A DNA stretch of 64,000 nucleotides from Pelagomonas calceolata (lineage: Eukaryota). This document shows positions 41,801-53,790 of this stretch, piece by piece. The notes under the pieces were generated by a model that was given only the letters and a program-made list of their open reading frames with translations, was not told the DNA's origin and searched no databases. Both the position numbers and the translations under genes were made by a program. Every line of letters begins with the position of its first letter. Position 1 is the first letter of the stretch. The stretch is taken from positions 5,084,001 through 5,148,000 of the forward strand of contig CAKKNE010000003.1 of assembly GCA_918797485.1 (NCBI GenBank). The letters run 5' to 3'.

Positions 41801-44800
41801 CAAGACCCCAGCGTGCGGCTCCGCCGCCTCGAGCGCGAGACCCCCGACGGTCAGCGCGCTTTTTAGCACGTGTGGACCCGAGGCCGACGTCGCGCACACG
41901 AACTGGTAACTACCATAGCGGTTCTCGTCATTCCATTTGCTGTTATGTAAAATCACGGTGTATGGCTCGTCGCCGTCATGATTGTTGGGTTCGCCGCTTT
42001 CCCAGTTCTCGTAGTCCCACGCGGTGCCGTCCGACCAAGTCCACGTGCCCTCCTGGGCCGCATCGGAGCCCCCGATCCAGCATTCACCGGGACAAAGCGC
42101 CGCAACTGCCGCATTCTCGCTGGAGCTGTGGATCGACGCGAGGTCGTGATAGTACGCGCGGCAGTACGCGCGCGCATCGTCGAAGCTCTTCGCTTGATCG
42201 ACGTACACGAAGGAGCCGCTAGCAGAGCCTGAGTCGCCGCCCTCGGCGCTCAATTTGCGGTCCTCCGAGAAGCCGCACGTGACGTCATTCTTCTCGCAGC
42301 TCAAGTAGCCGCTTCCCGCGTTCTGGTCAAAGCTTACGGCGCGGGAAACGGAGCTCGTACAGCATCTTGAGTCCGAGGCGCTGTAATCAAATCCGAGACA
42401 CTCCGCCTCCGCACAGCAGAGATCTACGCATTGAGCCTGGCTCAAGCCCGACTGGCACGTGATGTCGTGGCCATTAATGTGTGAGTCTTCGTAGCAGTTG
42501 AAGGACGCGCAGGAGCCGGAGACTTCGACGGGGCCACGCTCGGCTGTGCATGGCGAGCGGCAGATGTAGCCAAGGTCGGTTCGATCCGACGTGATGTCGC
42601 AGCGGATATCGTGCCAACGGTCACCCGCCCCGTGCAGATAGCCGACGCAGTCCTCGTCGCCGCCGTAGCTGTTCGGCTCGCCGCCGTTCCACGCCTCGTA
42701 GTCGAGCGGCGTGCCGTCGTCCCACACAAACGTCCCCTCGGCCGCTGCGTCCGTCAGTCCGATGCGCGTCGATTTACCGCCGGTCAGTGCGAACGCCGCT
42801 GCGTTTTCCTCGGCACTATGAATACTCGCAAGATCGCCGCCGAGCGCCTGGCACGCTGCCCGAGCGCTTGCGTGCGTCGCCGGGCCCGGAAAGTAGCTGA
42901 ACATCATGTCGTCGCTTGAACCGGACGGAGTGGCGCTAGAAGCCGTTGTACTGCACAGACACTGCAATGAATAACTACTGTCATGATCATTCCATCGACC
43001 AGCACCTTTGCCTGGGGTTGAACTGGTGTACATCTCTACAAAAGGCGATGCAGCTCCACCATTTGGCTCACCTGGTTGCCAGAATGTGAAAGTACTGGAG
43101 CAACCGAGCGGCCACCGGTGCCCACTGCCTTGGTACGTCAGTCCGATCCATGCACCAACCCAACCGGGAGTATCTGTCCGAGAAGTGTCAATACCAACAT
43201 CAAGAATGGCAAGTGCCGCGCTGTTTTCCGCAGCATTATTGATGCATGCAAGCGTCCCTCCAAGCGCACTGCAGTAGTTGACACAATCTGGCTGCGACAT
43301 GCGTGACGGGCTTAGATGAAACGCATTTCCGGAAGATGACACGGTGCCAGCGAAGCACTCGCGGCTTTCGACGTGGACACCTCCCGACGTGTCGGCCCAG
43401 AGCGACAGGTCGGCTCCGACCGCATCCGTAGACCCCGTGCAGCCGTCGCACCAGCTGCTTCCGCTTGACTCGTACTGGATCGCATAGCAGTCCAACCGCG
43501 CCGCGCACTTGGCCCGGCAGGCGTCGAGGTCGCCGCTGTGCTCGTACGTCTCCCACTCGCATTTGTCGGTCTCGACGTCGTACAGCTTGATGCAGCTGCC
43601 CGGGCTGCCCGTGCAGCAGTGGTCGTCGCCGTAGTCATCGCAGTCGCAGTCACCACAAGCAGGATAACCACAATCCCCACAATTGCAGTTGTCCGGGAGC
43701 GAGGCGTCGTTCGTGCAGAAATTCCTGGTGATCGGACAGCAGCCGCGCAGGGACCCGCAGCCCTCGTCCCGGAACCAGCGACCGATGTCCGAGCCGTCGT
43801 CGAAGTCGCAGCCGCCGCTCACGAACGCTGCAAGCTCGCTCTCCCCGACGGCGTCGCGGCACTCGTCGCAGTCCTCCCCGAAGCAATCACTACAAATCTC
43901 CGAGTGCGGCTCGTTGCCCTCGCACTCCATGTTCACGCACGCGAGGCACGCCGCCATGTCCTCGTCGTCCTCGCCCTCGTCCTCGTCCCCACCTGAGCAG
44001 TCATAAACCTTGACTGAACGTACACTGTCGCAGCCAACTCCATTGTAGCAAAAGTTCTGGTCTTGGTCGTAGTGATGCTCTCTGCCCGACGAGTCCTGCA
44101 CACTAAAGCAGCAGCCGGTCGAGACGCGGATAATATCCAGGGCAGAGCACGTGCTCTCATATTCGGACGATGTCCAGGGCCCGCAATAGTTGCAGCACGT
44201 CGGGTTTGCGTCGAGCTCATGCCAGCAGGGATGGTCTAGGTCGTAGGTCATGCCCGAGACACTGCCATAACACGCCAGCTGGTCTTCAGATTGGTAGCCC
44301 CACGCCGTGCAGGCACCGCCGCCCTCGTCCGAGGAGCCGCCCATCTGGCAGACGCAAGGGAACAGAGACTCCGAACATTGATAGTCGTTCCAGGCTCGGT
44401 CACGCCCGTTTGGTCCCCAGATATTGACGCAGTTCTCACGGGTGCCGCCGTTTGGTTCCCAGCTAGACCAGGGGAGGTAGTTCTGCGTGCTGCCGCCAGC
44501 CTTTGTCTTCACGAAGCAAGTACTGCCCTCGTCGTCTCCTGTGCCCGATACGGCTTCCGGATTTCGAGTGCAGGTGGCGTCCGTGCTGGCCGCGGTGGCC
44601 GCCTCGTAGGCCACGCAACTATCGTCCGCGTCGCAGTCCTCCCTACCGTTGCACCCGTATTCCGTATCATCAACGTCGGAATTGTGTGCGTTGGCGCACC
44701 AGCCTTTATGGGCCGTATATGCGCTCTGGCAGACCCAGCTGCCCTCCGAGGCCTCGTCGGTCACCGCTAGCCACGCCCCGCATTCGGTCGCCCCTTGGGG

Positions 44801-47800
44801 ACAGCTGCCGCCGAACGCCTTATAGGCCTGCTCGTTCTGCGACTCGTCGCTGATACAAGAAAACTCGCCCCCGATTGCGGCGCATTCGCCGTAACATTCG
44901 TCCCAGTGCACGTTCGAGCTTGTGATCGTAAACGTGCCGCCCTCGTCTGGCTCCGAACCACATCCGACGGTGAGCACGTAGTTGCCCGCTGCGCCCGCGT
45001 CGCGCGCGTGGTCGGTGTCGCAGTCCGTCTCGAGTGCTCCGCCGTGCTCCGAATAGCCGGTTACCTGCAGCACGTACGTGGCGCCGGCCTGGAGCGGCTG
45101 GGAGGTCCAGACGTCCTCGAGGTTCCCGCGGCTGCCAGCGCTCGTGCATATTTCCTCGCCAGGGTCGTCCCACTCGCCGATGAGATCCACCGCGCCGGCG
45201 TGCGGCGCGGGCGATCGGAGGCATGTATTCGCCTCGTAGCCGACGACGCTGTAGAGGTAGAGCATGGTGTCGTAGTCGGAGCCACACGTCGAGAAGTGGT
45301 AGTATGCCGTCTCGGAGGGCCTGATGATGTAGAAATGGTCGGGCGCGTCGTTGCCCGAGAGCCAGTGCGCCGCGCCGGTCGTGGATTCATATCGCGTCTC
45401 GCCGCACGCGATACTTTTGGTCCCCGTCGTGGGCGCGATCGTGGGCGCCGCGCTTACCGTGGGGATGGCCGTTGACGGCGCAGCAGTCGTCGTCGGCACG
45501 GCCGTCGGCTGCGGCGACCACGCGAGCGAGTTCGGAAACGCCGAGTCCACGAACCAACCGCCGTCGCCGCAGCTCGCGTCGTAGAAGAGGTAATGCGTGC
45601 TGCTGGCCGAGGCGTAGATCGGCCGGCCGTCGCTCGTCATCGCGACGTACTCGTAGTGGCCGTTCAAATCGTCGTCGTGAAACCCAGACGCCAGGTAGTC
45701 TCTGCAGAGCTCGGTCGGCGCGCTGCTCGGGGGAGAGGATATGGTCGGAGCCGGCGACGGAACCGAAGTGGGCCCAAAGGTGCCGCACTCGGCCGTCACG
45801 GTCCGGTCATCGTGCACCACGCCGCCGTCGAGTCGCTCGCTCCACGCGACTTCGCCCCACGGGAACGCTTCGCCGCTGTAGGCGTGCGCTTCGTAGTGGC
45901 AGAGGCGCGTCGGCGCTGCGGTCGGCTGTAGAGACAGTGTCGGCTCGAAACTAGTCGTTGGCGCAGGACTCGGCGCAGGACTGGTGGTCGGTGCGGCCGA
46001 CGGGAGGCCTGTCTTAAACACATAAGCTTTGCCCGGAGTGGGGCAACCGTCGCCCGCACTACATTGGGGCGCCCCGACCGCCAGCGTATCACCAGAGAGC
46101 GCCAGCCCGTGACCGAACCAATCCGCCGGCCACCCCCCTCGTCCGTCGCTCGCGGTGAGCTTGCCTTCGTAGCTCCAATCCAAGGCACCGTCCGACGCTG
46201 TGAAACCGTAGACGGCCCCCGCCCCATCGTGCGAAGGGCCGTGATGACTGTTATGGGCGGCACCGATCACCAGGGCGTCGCCATCGAGCGCCAGCGCGCG
46301 CCCAAAATAGTCATTTGCCACGGTGTCGCTTGCGGTCAGTATGGCGACCTCGTTCCAGCTGGAGCCACCGTTCGACGCGAGGAACACGTAGACCGCACCG
46401 CCGGTTCCGGCGTGAACGGCACTGACTGCCAGGACATCACCGTCGAGCGCCAATGCGTATCCAAAACCGTTGCCGACCCTCCCGTCGCTCGCTGTCAGTG
46501 TGGTGGTCTGAATCCAGCTCGTGCCGCCATCGGAGGTCAGGAGCACCCTGGCGTGCTCGTCGCTTGTGCTGCCGACCACCAGCACGTCGCCAGCGAGCGC
46601 CACCGAAGATCCGCCGACGAGATCGGTCGTCTGGCTCCAGCTCTCGCCGTCATCTAGTGTGCGGTATACGTACAATCGGCCCGAGCAGACTGCCAGGACG
46701 TTGCCGGAAAGCGCCACCAAATAACCATTCCCTAGCTTGGCCACCTCGGTCCAGCTTGCACCGCCATCTAATGTGCGATATACGTACGCTGTGCCAGCAC
46801 AGCCTGAGCCGGGCCCACAGGTAGTAATCGCCAGGACGTTGCCATCGAGCGCGAGCGCGGTACCGCCAGGGAGCTTGGCCACCTCGTTGTAGCTTAGGCT
46901 GCCATCGGACCTAGTGGAGGCGAGAAAGACGTAGGTGCGCCGCCCCGTGGTGTAGGAAGACGCCCAACAATTGATGCACGGGGCGCTGATCGCTATGATC
47001 TCGCCCTCCATCGCCACCGCCCACCCAAAGTTGGCGTCCGGTTGCGTCCCTGTCATCTGGGCCATCTCGCGCCAGCCCCTCGCCCAAGTTTCGGCTTGCA
47101 GGCGTCGACCGCAGGCGCTGCTCTTCGTGACGCCGCACGACGTCGACGCGCACGGGGTGTTCTCGAACGCTCTATGAAGGCTCACGTCGCCGTCCACACA
47201 CCAGCTGAGGTCCTGGTCGAAGGCCGAGGCGCTGCGGAACATGGAGTTCATGGTTCTGATGCCCGAGGTGTCCCACGCGCCGATGTCTTGATTAAAAGAC
47301 GAGGCACCGCTGAACATGTAGTCCATCGTTGTGACGCCGGAGGTGTCCCACGCGCCGATGTCCTGGTCGAAGGCATAGGCGCCTCTGAACATGGCGCCCA
47401 TGTCTGTGACGCCGGAGGTGTCCCACGCTCCGATGTCCTCGTTGAAGGACGCCACTGCCGAGTTGCAATAGCCCGAACCGCCCCCACAAAACAAATACGA
47501 CATGTCCGTCACCCCTGATGTGTCCCAATTCAAAATGCGGCCGTACTTTGCCTCGGCGGCCGTCGCATCTGCCAGCCACGCCGCGAGTGCCGTGCGGATG
47601 CTGGTGTCGTCCATCTCGTACACGAACATACTGGGCGCGGCGGTCGTCGGCACCACCGTCGTCGTCGGCGCTACCGTCGGCACGGCCGTCGGCTCGACCG
47701 TTGGCACCGTAGTCGGCGCGGCCGACGCCGTCGGCTGCGGCGACCAGGCGAGCGAGTTCGGAAACGTCGAGCCCACGAACCAGCCGCTACTCCAGGGCGC

Positions 47801-50179
47801 GTCGCGGCCGTCGCCGCAGCTCGCGTCGTAGAAGAGGTAATGCGTGCTGCTGGTCGAGGCGTAGATCGGCCGGCCGTCGCTCGTCATCGTGACGTACTCG
47901 TAGTGGCCGTTCAAATCCTCGTTGTTGAACCCATTCAGCAAGTAGTCTCTGCAGAGCTCGGTCGGCGCGCTGCTCGGGGGAGGGGATATGGTCGGGGCCG
48001 GCGTTGGCGCGGGGCTCGGCGCTGACGTCGTCGGGACCAACGTCGGGGCAGGCGTGGGAAATAACGTCGGCGTCAGCGTCGGTGCAGGCGTCGGCGCCGG
48101 GACGCACGTGCCCGCTTCAGCGCCGCCGCAGCCGAGAAGGACCTTCCCGCCGGCGGCGCACACGTCTTCCTCGCGATCCGAACACGACTCGCATCCGGTG
48201 CACGTGTCGCATTCTGAGTCGCAACTGTTTGAATAGTCGTCGCAGGACTCGTCGCAGTCCGACGCGATGTATGAGCCCGAGCCCTCGTTGAACGTGCCCG
48301 CAGGACAAGATGTGGAATGGCTGCCTCCTATACACACGACGCCCTGGAGCTGCCGGCGCGCCTCGCAGCGGTGGCCGCCGATGCCGACAGTCAGGTGCAC
48401 GGACGCGGCGTCGACCGCGACGGCGCCGTGCACGACGCCGCGCGGCAGGAACAGCGCGTCGCCGGGCTCCAGCACGACTGTCTCGCAGGCGAGGTCGTCG
48501 AGGTCGTCGTCCTCGTACGTCGTGCACGACGCCGAGCGCTTCGTGCGGCAGTGGCGCCACTCCTTGGCCCCGCTGAGCTGGAGCACGAGAATCTGCGTGG
48601 AATCAACCGGTAAGGAAATGAGAGCGTTGTTCGACAAGAAACTCTCGCGGAGATAACTAGTGATCTCGGCACCGACGGGCACGTCCGTCGTGTCCGTGTG
48701 GCTCGCGAGCGCCGACCGCCCGCGCGCCGAGGCGTACACGTGCGCCGTGTGCGCGTCAAGGGGAAACGGCGCGAGGATCTGCTCGTAGGCCGTGCCCGTC
48801 GCGTCGAAGCCGCCCTTGAGGTTTTCGACGCGCAGCACCGCCGACTCGACCTCCTCGGCGAGCGGCGCGCCCGTCCCGTCGTGGCCCAGCTCCGCGCATC
48901 CGCCGGACGCGACGCAGCCGAGCCGCGCCGCGAGGTCTTCGACGTGCCGCGCCGCCGCCGCCGCGGGCGTCACGGTGAGCGCATCGTGCGCCAGCGCACC
49001 CCGGCCGAAGAACGGCGCGTAGGCTGCCGCGACCGTCGCGTCGGCCGACGGGCTGCCGCGGACGACAGTCGTCTCGGAGCGCATCATGAGCTCCGCCGGC
49101 GGCGCCGGCCACACGTAGGGTGCCACGCCCCGCGGCGCAGCTGGTTGGGCGTGTAGCGCGGGCGCGGCGCCGTCGAAGAAGTCGAAGCGCGTCGGGTGGC
49201 TGTAGAGCGCGACGGCGCCGCGCCCGACCTCCATATTCGTAATCGAGTGTCCTGCGGCTGCCGACCGTTGCGCCCAGCGCGCCGCTGCGGTCGCATCGAC
49301 GCCGGAGGCCTCGAAGATAGACGCTAGCGCATCGACGTTTGGCCACCGCTCGAATGCGAGACCAATCTTTGCGCGTTCGGCGCGCGCGAGCGGCGCCGGG
49401 CCGTCTGCCCGGAAGAAGCCGGTCACGGACACGTCGTAAATCGATGCCGCGTGGGCGTCGGCCGCCGCCTCGAGCGCCTCGGCCAGCTGGCCGCCGCCGA
49501 CGGTGATGAAGCTGTCGCGCGCCGGCCGCGGCGTGCCGTCCGATGTGGCCCCGACGGCGTACTGGCGCAGCGCCGTCGTCGCCTCGCCCACGCGCCACTC
49601 GAGCGACAGCGTGCGCGGCGGCTCCCGCGTGCCGCTGCTAAACACTGGCGGCATCGCCGCCTCTGCGGCCGCTGGTAGCTGGGGTAGGGCCGCGCCGTCG
49701 CGGTTCTGGACGTAGAGCTTCGCGGCGCCCGCGTCCGCGTCAACTCCGAAGCCGTAGACCGGCGGCGGCGCCTCCGTGGCGAGCACCTCGAGCCAGGCGT
49801 CGACGAGCGGTGGCGCCTTGAGCGCGGCGGCCGTGCGCGCGGCCGCGCGGCGCTGGGCGTCGCGCGGCAGGTGCCCTCCCACGCCCGGAAGCTCCAGCGC
49901 GACGTAGTACCGCGCGGTGGCGGCTTTCCCGTTCGAGAACTTGGCCGACACGCCGAGCGCCTCGAGCGGCGGATCGGCGCCGTCGTACAGCGCGGCCAGC
50001 TCGCGGAAGGGCGCGCCCCAGACCGGAGCCGCGGGGTCGATGCCCGTCGCCCGGCGCAGCGCCGCCGCGGCTGCGCCCGCCCCGGGGTCGACCGTCGGCC
50101 CGTCACCGGCCCTTGGTTGGGACCAGAAGAACAGCACGGCCAGAGCCGCAGCCAGGGCCGCCGCTGGCCAGGCGGGCAT
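35651..50179 (-). CDS. Giant mosaic surface protein: signal/anchor, unknown domain, JmjC, DUF285, FG-GAP propeller, about five C-type lectins, Cys-rich modules, REJ, GPS, PT stalk; intron 48682-48593; probably spliced into the repeat exons
   Basis: [18 protein letters not shown]...[48 protein letters not shown]...EPN...WND; CSFWD...WSSDGC...CACTHLTDF. Confidence 0.85.
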   Translation of the reverse strand: MPAWPAAALAAALAVLFFWSQPRAGDGPTVDPGAGAAAAALRRATGIDPAAPVWGAPFRELAALYDGADPPLEALGVSAKFSNGKAATARYYVALELPGVGGHLPRDAQRRAAARTAAALKAPPLVDAWLEVLATEAPPPVYGFGVDADAGAAKLYVQNRDGAALPQLPAAAEAAMPPVFSSGTREPPRTLSLEWRVGEATTALRQYAVGATSDGTPRPARDSFITVGGGQLAEALEAAADAHAASIYDVSVTGFFRADGPAPLARAERAKIGLAFERWPNVDALASIFEASGVDATAAARWAQRSAAAGHSITNMEVGRGAVALYSHPTRFDFFDGAAPALHAQPAAPRGVAPYVWPAPPAELMMRSETTVVRGSPSADATVAAAYAPFFGRGALAHDALTVTPAAAAARHVEDLAARLGCVASGGCAELGHDGTGAPLAEEVESAVLRVENLKGGFDATGTAYEQILAPFPLDAHTAHVYASARGRSALASHTDTTDVPVGAEITSYLRESFLSNNALISLPVDSTQILVLQLSGAKEWRHCRTKRSASCTTYEDDDLDDLACETVVLEPGDALFLPRGVVHGAVAVDAASVHLTVGIGGHRCEARRQLQGVVCIGGSHSTSCPAGTFNEGSGSYIASDCDESCDDYSNSCDSECDTCTGCESCSDREEDVCAAGGKVLLGCGGAEAGTCVPAPTPAPTLTPTLFPTPAPTLVPTTSAPSPAPTPAPTISPPPSSAPTELCRDYLLNGFNNEDLNGHYEYVTMTSDGRPIYASTSSTHYLFYDASCGDGRDAPWSSGWFVGSTFPNSLAWSPQPTASAAPTTVPTVEPTAVPTVAPTTTVVPTTAAPSMFVYEMDDTSIRTALAAWLADATAAEAKYGRILNWDTSGVTDMSYLFCGGGSGYCNSAVASFNEDIGAWDTSGVTDMGAMFRGAYAFDQDIGAWDTSGVTTMDYMFSGASSFNQDIGAWDTSGIRTMNSMFRSASAFDQDLSWCVDGDVSLHRAFENTPCASTSCGVTKSSACGRRLQAETWARGWREMAQMTGTQPDANFGWAVAMEGEIIAISAPCINCWASSYTTGRRTYVFLASTRSDGSLSYNEVAKLPGGTALALDGNVLAITTCGPGSGCAGTAYVYRTLDGGASWTEVAKLGNGYLVALSGNVLAVCSGRLYVYRTLDDGESWSQTTDLVGGSSVALAGDVLVVGSTSDEHARVLLTSDGGTSWIQTTTLTASDGRVGNGFGYALALDGDVLAVSAVHAGTGGAVYVFLASNGGSSWNEVAILTASDTVANDYFGRALALDGDALVIGAAHNSHHGPSHDGAGAVYGFTASDGALDWSYEGKLTASDGRGGWPADWFGHGLALSGDTLAVGAPQCSAGDGCPTPGKAYVFKTGLPSAAPTTSPAPSPAPTTSFEPTLSLQPTAAPTRLCHYEAHAYSGEAFPWGEVAWSERLDGGVVHDDRTVTAECGTFGPTSVPSPAPTISSPPSSAPTELCRDYLASGFHDDDLNGHYEYVAMTSDGRPIYASASSTHYLFYDASCGDGGWFVDSAFPNSLAWSPQPTAVPTTTAAPSTAIPTVSAAPTIAPTTGTKSIACGETRYESTTGAAHWLSGNDAPDHFYIIRPSETAYYHFSTCGSDYDTMLYLYSVVGYEANTCLRSPAPHAGAVDLIGEWDDPGEEICTSAGSRGNLEDVWTSQPLQAGATYVLQVTGYSEHGGALETDCDTDHARDAGAAGNYVLTVGCGSEPDEGGTFTITSSNVHWDECYGECAAIGGEFSCISDESQNEQAYKAFGGSCPQGATECGAWLAVTDEASEGSWVCQSAYTAHKGWCANAHNSDVDDTEYGCNGREDCDADDSCVAYEAATAASTDATCTRNPEAVSGTGDDEGSTCFVKTKAGGSTQNYLPWSSWEPNGGTRENCVNIWGPNGRDRAWNDYQCSESLFPCVCQMGGSSDEGGGACTAWGYQSEDQLACYGSVSGMTYDLDHPCWHELDANPTCCNYCGPWTSSEYESTCSALDIIRVSTGCCFSVQDSSGREHHYDQDQNFCYNGVGCDSVRSVKVYDCSGGDEDEGEDDEDMAACLACVNMECEGNEPHSEICSDCFGEDCDECRDAVGESELAAFVSGGCDFDDGSDIGRWFRDEGCGSLRGCCPITRNFCTNDASLPDNCNCGDCGYPACGDCDCDDYGDDHCCTGSPGSCIKLYDVETDKCEWETYEHSGDLDACRAKCAARLDCYAIQYESSGSSWCDGCTGSTDAVGADLSLWADTSGGVHVESRECFAGTVSSSGNAFHLSPSRMSQPDCVNYCSALGGTLACINNAAENSAALAILDVGIDTSRTDTPGWVGAWIGLTYQGSGHRWPLGCSSTFTFWQPGEPNGGAASPFVEMYTSSTPGKGAGRWNDHDSSYSLQCLCSTTASSATPSGSSDDMMFSYFPGPATHASARAACQALGGDLASIHSAEENAAAFALTGGKSTRIGLTDAAAEGTFVWDDGTPLDYEAWNGGEPNSYGGDEDCVGYLHGAGDRWHDIRCDITSDRTDLGYICRSPCTAERGPVEVSGSCASFNCYEDSHINGHDITCQSGLSQAQCVDLCCAEAECLGFDYSASDSRCCTSSVSRAVSFDQNAGSGYLSCEKNDVTCGFSEDRKLSAEGGDSGSASGSFVYVDQAKSFDDARAYCRAYYHDLASIHSSSENAAVAALCPGECWIGGSDAAQEGTWTWSDGTAWDYENWESGEPNNHDGDEPYTVILHNSKWNDENRYGSYQFVCATSASGPHVLKSALTVGGLALEAAEPHAGVLVSAIASMASVAQSQVSVEIEVTTMPKCAATFCSNEDGSGTCCTLPAGRYGNCERCDSHPNSVLTSAPCPGNDQISYVRVEGAAACGAWVHEHCPDCGGRHDFLDGPGVYRASSGDFNDNTLSDATIGCVVNGAVTEQDCGSGDASFTEFLFVADVGSWSNGRAQCQSRGGDLATIHSAAEDAAAKAVVPSGSSAWIGLSDTTTEGSYAWVDGSALDYVNWAGGEPNQSGGNEDCAGFYKGHSSGWADGNCDEWEGADPVGAVCSIPGSSTGSDDYDYWEALCPECGDEHNCAAAAECHGWCCSTWGECCSEDEDEVCSNPTCPDASAATCCDIDGDCDDGDDDWCCGTDFLCTNDSPDWAAQQGGVLCCSLGHAPTPTTLLAITYSIRADSFYTALALAKILEDVSPSQVDTYVQAAASAAGASGAFAAFSTLLVSEVVVVEALPAPTCHYEAHAYGGEAFPWGEVTWSERRGGASEDRAVTFECGTFGPTSVPTAVPSSAPTAAPTAAPTTAVPSPVPSLAPTTINYRLADFSATPPAELAEAAFTGTGLKVEHLVVNLTVPATEPVHVSLSAWEQGGGGFRGRRRKGGGALRFYDEDPDNPGYALVSDRGRAFVTKIIPAGDTILTLAAGALRDRVNNGQSVVQTITVSLDSDDAIYGRERNFIGSFAVTVLDVDESLIEVNKFLATTDPVTSAAAALTAKAKENAAAFVFTAALTSRPFSAVRLEVKGDVDAFASISVDGADGGNRTVEPADWASAATYEFRVADDAVLSGDRNYSVWFVARSDDANYDGRRSATMTCQVIEDDVAFATVSGKALTVGAGVDGPTFSDGYWITLSAPPTADVIVSLGCADTNVFNTKRLLFTPDNWDRKYVAVNASLADPDVLEGRTATLTHSVASSDAFFDGLAVSDVEIAVEFSVDSVPPPKLELVRFLDGGNGLDVLFDSPTNMIDGEWDIDCATLFEYAAQQFGADGTCAWTNSSALRVTFGAGAQIVPFDYVAATEKNAAWLKGGVLKNDLDGATLTSAAQYAEAQKPLHPVAPAVSITAPESVGVCDGVVLDARGATGGGSRALTYNWGVLTSWDAETDADMASVAALKAKLAAADAAGAVTLGLAFDDLLAGRAYDFLITATNFLGVTTTAYATVDKLASPAPSVQFQSAATQTMVRSDKKSLKLDVALPKLACVDANVSSTALGFAWRAWRLAGATYVRDIPDLAEYTANPMSCRLPADALAAQTTYKFQVTVGFADTMTINSSATTTIVVGSQVLVASILGGVEQAVAIGATTELDGSESYDPDEEGALAYAWTAARVLDDGSREDANPLLASADTTQSVLAFTPTTAAGWASDTSYEFTLTVSHGARSAAYSVLVSVSSDQYMPRATVTGFDESVKYNPTEDTFAAIYFEATSPDPGRTIEQTAWSVGAGQSAGLLGKPSGAPSPMLIDLGKTRPNAVYRLRLTVTDSIGSTSSTVVSLTTNGPPTSGTFAVAPYRGTALETEFEFLLDGWSDDVDDYPLTYTYGYRLVQDAALTPLVADQYASAWFLTTLPQAPNVNITCVGRVFDRYLSYAQAFTPVRVDPLEISTEDLSAFAGDLLSASADTGDGEASLSLVSNVASVLGGTDASRRRLSAKQELIDDLMAHTISAASLVGTGSSAAAAAQVLSTVSRLTGDPDSLSESSQTGALGLLSDVVGGAAGSGFDADTAASTAATVSSLLDASLFASGMVDARRALGAANADLGGQIAGTVGALATGMIAGAYGGQNRSVVTDNMELRAFRTDCGTRDAAFRLFSGTGVANLPASALDAAGGGSCDAGAAGAPADVDVKVARLKNVYASEGDGTISDLLQIELGGEGTTVKIDNLAEPIVFDIPFDYDPALEDDYDQGTDTGLCSDQSQVLTFNCDVPTTFDCGGSEDPRDVTVNCPTKAASCSFWDNATRSWSSDGCSVVANTASGVTCACTHLTDFSASTTAPDADVVVSVRYPTPSPTTPSPTSSPTTSSPGPSPQPTSTPTLRPTPAPSVVPVQSPTLRPTAAPEAAPVAAPVPTSQSTPLVS

Positions 50180-50581
50180 CACGAAGCTGTTGTTCGCTGC
50201 CGCTGGACCTCCAAACGCCTCTCACTCCAGGCGATCTCGAAGCTGTTGTTGGCTGCCCCTGGACCTCAAAACGCCTTCCAGGGCTGCTAAAACGCCTTTA
50301 CTCCCGGCCAGTATCAGCAGCAATACCGTGAAGCTTTTGCTACTAGCCGAAGCCTTGGCCGTGGCCGCGAGATACAAGCTCGTAGCTTCGTGCGCCTGCG
50401 GAGCACTAGGGACAGGCTGAGAGTTACAATGCCAAGACATGTGAATATGATGCTAGAGTGCGGGGTCCCATATGGGAACGAGTTGTATGCTCGTAGTGTA
50501 TTGCTCTGCGGTGATCGACCAGGCAAGCTACTGCGTATTTTACTGTGGCTACTGCCATATGGCCATGGCTGCCCCTGGTCG

Positions 50582-51640
50582 ATGAAGCCACGGCCGTCGG
50601 CAGCCGGGCCATGCCTCATCATGCACACGCTGCCGGCGCTGATGGCGGCTCTCGGCGCCGGCGGCGACGGCATGTCGGTGACGAGCTTCGGCGCGCGGCG
50701 GCCGTCGCGCGTGGCGCGCGCGTCGAACTGGACGGACGCCGCCCGGCTCCTCGCGCGGCACCCGCGCGCGACGCTCTTTGTCACCGGCCACTCGATGCGC
50801 TGGACGGACGCGGACGTGGTCGTGGCGCTCGCGCCGATCGCGAGCGCGGCGGGCGTGCTGCACGCGGACGACCGGCAGGTCACCGTCGACGCGCGGCTCA
50901 CGACCGCCGCGCTACTCGACGTCGCGCTCGCGCGGGGGCGCTACATCGGAGGGTTCCCGGACGCGAGCGACCTCTCGGTCGGCGGCGTCGTGCGCATCGG
51001 GGGCGTCGGGCCCAGCAGCGCCTCGCGCGGCCTGTTCGCGGACAACGCCCGCGCGTTCTACGGATTCCGACGAGGATCGACCAAAATAGAGGCCCTGGAC
51101 CGGGCGGAGCTCGGCGAGAGCGTTCTCACGCGCGTCGCCTTTGATTGGTACCGCGTCGGCGGGATGAAATTCACGCGCCGCTTCCACGACGGAAGCTTCG
51201 GCGCTCGCCGCGTCGCGGACCTCGCGCCGGACGTCCTCTTCTTCGAGCAGGACTCGGACGCCTTCGGCAGAGGCACCATCAAGACGGCCGTCGCCGACGC
51301 GTCCGCTTCCGTTCCCGCTACGCTCCGTCGCATCCGTCTGCTGCACAACGAGGCGCTCGAATATACGAACGAGCACGTCGCGGCGGGGCGCGTGCCGCGG
51401 TGGATTTGCCGCTGGTTCACGTCATCCGCTGCCGCCGACGGCTTCATTCGAGCGGCGCGGAGCTGCGTGGCGAATGACACGGCGTTCCATGTGCGACGAG
51501 ATCGCAGTCGGCGCCTCGGGGTCTGCATCTACTCGTGGGGACGTACGCACGCCGAGGCGGAGCCGCGCGGGCCTTTGCTGGAGGCGGTGCGCCACTGCTA
51601 CCCGCGGCTGCTCGTCGAGAGCGCTGAGTACCCCATTTAA
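50582..51640 (+). CDS. FAD-binding (PCMH/VAO-type) oxidoreductase-like protein, short or divergent
   Basis: TGHS and LSVGGVVRIGGVGPSSASRGLFADN motifs; start uncertain. Confidence 0.6.
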   Translation: MKPRPSAAGPCLIMHTLPALMAALGAGGDGMSVTSFGARRPSRVARASNWTDAARLLARHPRATLFVTGHSMRWTDADVVVALAPIASAAGVLHADDRQVTVDARLTTAALLDVALARGRYIGGFPDASDLSVGGVVRIGGVGPSSASRGLFADNARAFYGFRRGSTKIEALDRAELGESVLTRVAFDWYRVGGMKFTRRFHDGSFGARRVADLAPDVLFFEQDSDAFGRGTIKTAVADASASVPATLRRIRLLHNEALEYTNEHVAAGRVPRWICRWFTSSAAADGFIRAARSCVANDTAFHVRRDRSRRLGVCIYSWGRTHAEAEPRGPLLEAVRHCYPRLLVESAEYPI

Positions 51641-52190
51641 GACATCCTAGGAAACTCTAGACACTGTAGACAGTCGCGGACGCGAGACTCCACACGCAAC
51701 AACCGTAACATGGAGTGAACTCTTGATTACAACTAGTGCTAATATAAACACGGGGATTCACCTATGGCGTCCGTCGCCAATACCGCTACCATGGCCACAC
51801 CGGCTGTACACACATCGCAGCCCCGTATTTTCTACAACAGCCGCGGGTGTGCCCCCCCTGTACCGTCAACGGTACGGGGCAGCTATCAATTGGGGAGGTA
51901 GACACTGCGCCAATGACACCAATTTACTACACTAGTATATATTGCTATTTCGAAGCTCCGGTTGGGTATCCTGACTGAGCAGCCTGAGGGAGAAGGCTCT
52001 TAGGAGCTTGTTCCTATTTTTAGGTCTTCCTTAATTAATTTATTTATTTAAATAAATTAGACTGTCCGGAGCATCACCTACCCCTTTCTCCCTCCCGAGT
52101 AAGGAAACACTGGCAGACCAGAGGAGAGCCCCTTGGAAAGTCACCCTAGGCCCAACGGAGTAAACCAGCACGTCGCTAGCGCAGCGGCGG

Positions 52191-52718
52191 CTACTGGTGC
52201 ATGAGCGCGTCCACGGCCACGGAAAACGCCGCGAAGCCGACGCACCCTAGACACGCCGCCTGGGGGCCTTGCTTGGCCGCGAGGACTGCCCCCGTGGCGC
52301 AGCCCGAGAGGCTCCCGTTGATGGCGTCGTGCCTGCCGCGCGCCTTCTCGAAAAGGCAGTCGCAGCCCGAGAAGAGCGCCGTGATGACGGCGAACGACTT
52401 CGTGTACCACATCGCCTTGTCGCCGAGCGCACGCCAGGCGACGCGGACCTGGTGCGCCAGTGGTGCGGCGGGGATCGCGCGGCCGCCGGGCCCCACGGGC
52501 ACCGACGGGTCCGCGCCGAGGATGCCGAAGAAGAGGCCCATCATCGCGCCCACGCCCGCGCCCAACACGACGCCCGTCGTCGCCTTGAACGCGCAGCTCT
52601 CCTGGGTCAGCCACAGCGGGTTCGGCGGCGGCGCGACGGGCGACGCCGGGAGGCTGAAGTACCTAAAGGCCGGGAGCGCGGAGGCCGGCGCGCGGTACGT
52701 GCTCGCATCATCGTCCAT
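52191..52718 (-). CDS. TIM22: Mitochondrial inner membrane translocase Tim22
   Basis: ESCAFK...GAMMGLF; KSFA...FSGCDCLFEKARGRHD..N...GCATG...GC.GFAAFS. Confidence 0.9.
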   Translation of the reverse strand: MDDDASTYRAPASALPAFRYFSLPASPVAPPPNPLWLTQESCAFKATTGVVLGAGVGAMMGLFFGILGADPSVPVGPGGRAIPAAPLAHQVRVAWRALGDKAMWYTKSFAVITALFSGCDCLFEKARGRHDAINGSLSGCATGAVLAAKQGPQAACLGCVGFAAFSVAVDALMHQ

Positions 52719-52830
52719 CGTCAAACAATGACATCTTAGCGTAGGTTTGCAACCGCTGTCTGTAGACTGCTATTAGTTTTGTGGTGCTACCTACGGTATG
52801 TGCTGATCTACCTACCTACGGTACGGTACC

Positions 52831-53003
52831 TACCGTATTCACTAGGCCTACTCTATCCGGGTATTTAACCAAGATAAGTGAGACTAGGATAGTGAAGCTA
52901 AGATAAAAATTTGGGAGATTTATAAGTGGAAAAGAGGCCGTTGCCACAACGGGCACCAACCCCAGGGACCCCGGACCACGCGCCCCCGCGCCAAAACAAC
53001 CAT
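52831..53003 (-). repeat. Repeat family E copy
   Basis: Reverse complement of 16618-16786. Confidence 0.8.
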
Positions 53004-53267
53004 ATCGAGAACTTCCCGCACAAACGGCCGCAAAAGTGGCCTTGATTGCGGGCCCCTTTTCAGGCACCTCCCGTAGGGTGCAAATATTGGCCCCAGGTCA
53101 GATTTCTCGAACCCCAAGAGGAAACGCATTGCCACGCACTTTCCTCCCATTCGCCGGTAGACCTATAAGAAAGTATCTTGCAGCGAGCCACTAGATACGT
53201 GGCCATATCATAGCAGGTACGGTACCACCCTACCGTAGGTACCGTGGTACTGCGGTACTCTGAGCTT

Positions 53268-53536
53268 ACAGCGATTGTGCTATGATACTGTAGCTACCTT
53301 TATGTAGAGCTCCTCTCAGGTTCTAGTAGATATCAGAGGCTAGTGGCCTGTATCTTAGGATACTTCCTTCTCCCTCTTAATCTCCTTTATTCCAATTCTG
53401 TCTTCTCAGAGTTGAGGGGGTTCCCACACTCTCACGTTTCAGTGAGAGTTTTTCCTGTTGGCATCTCCGTGTCACATTGACACCCGAGAGACCTAGCTAC
53501 CACAGCTGCATTGTGCACTTGCTGCACCCAGCTCAT
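53268..53536 (+). mobile_element. Repeat family D copy (LTR-like)
   Basis: Reverse complement of 9155-9430. Confidence 0.75.
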
Positions 53537-53790
53537 ACAAACATATTTAAACTTGCGAGGAGGATTTTTTTACGATTTTAATCCGGAGGTCCATACGGAG
53601 GAGAATCTGGTACGGGCTCCGGCATCAGGGCGGCCGCGCCGGTTGAATCCTGTCAATCCCTGTCGAACAGGTCTCCCTGGGGTCGCCTAGGGTCGGTACT
53701 ATACACGTGCAAGCGCCTACGCCGCAAGCGCCGCCGCTTCAAGCATTTTTAGTCGATTTCTCTCAGCAGCCCATGAGCACCTTTTCAAAA

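Noticed and set aside
49190..50000. Assigning the N-terminal domain of the giant ORF to ABBA prenyltransferase-like folds
   Set aside because: Only a vague FGVD...KLY resemblance; not supportable without a profile search
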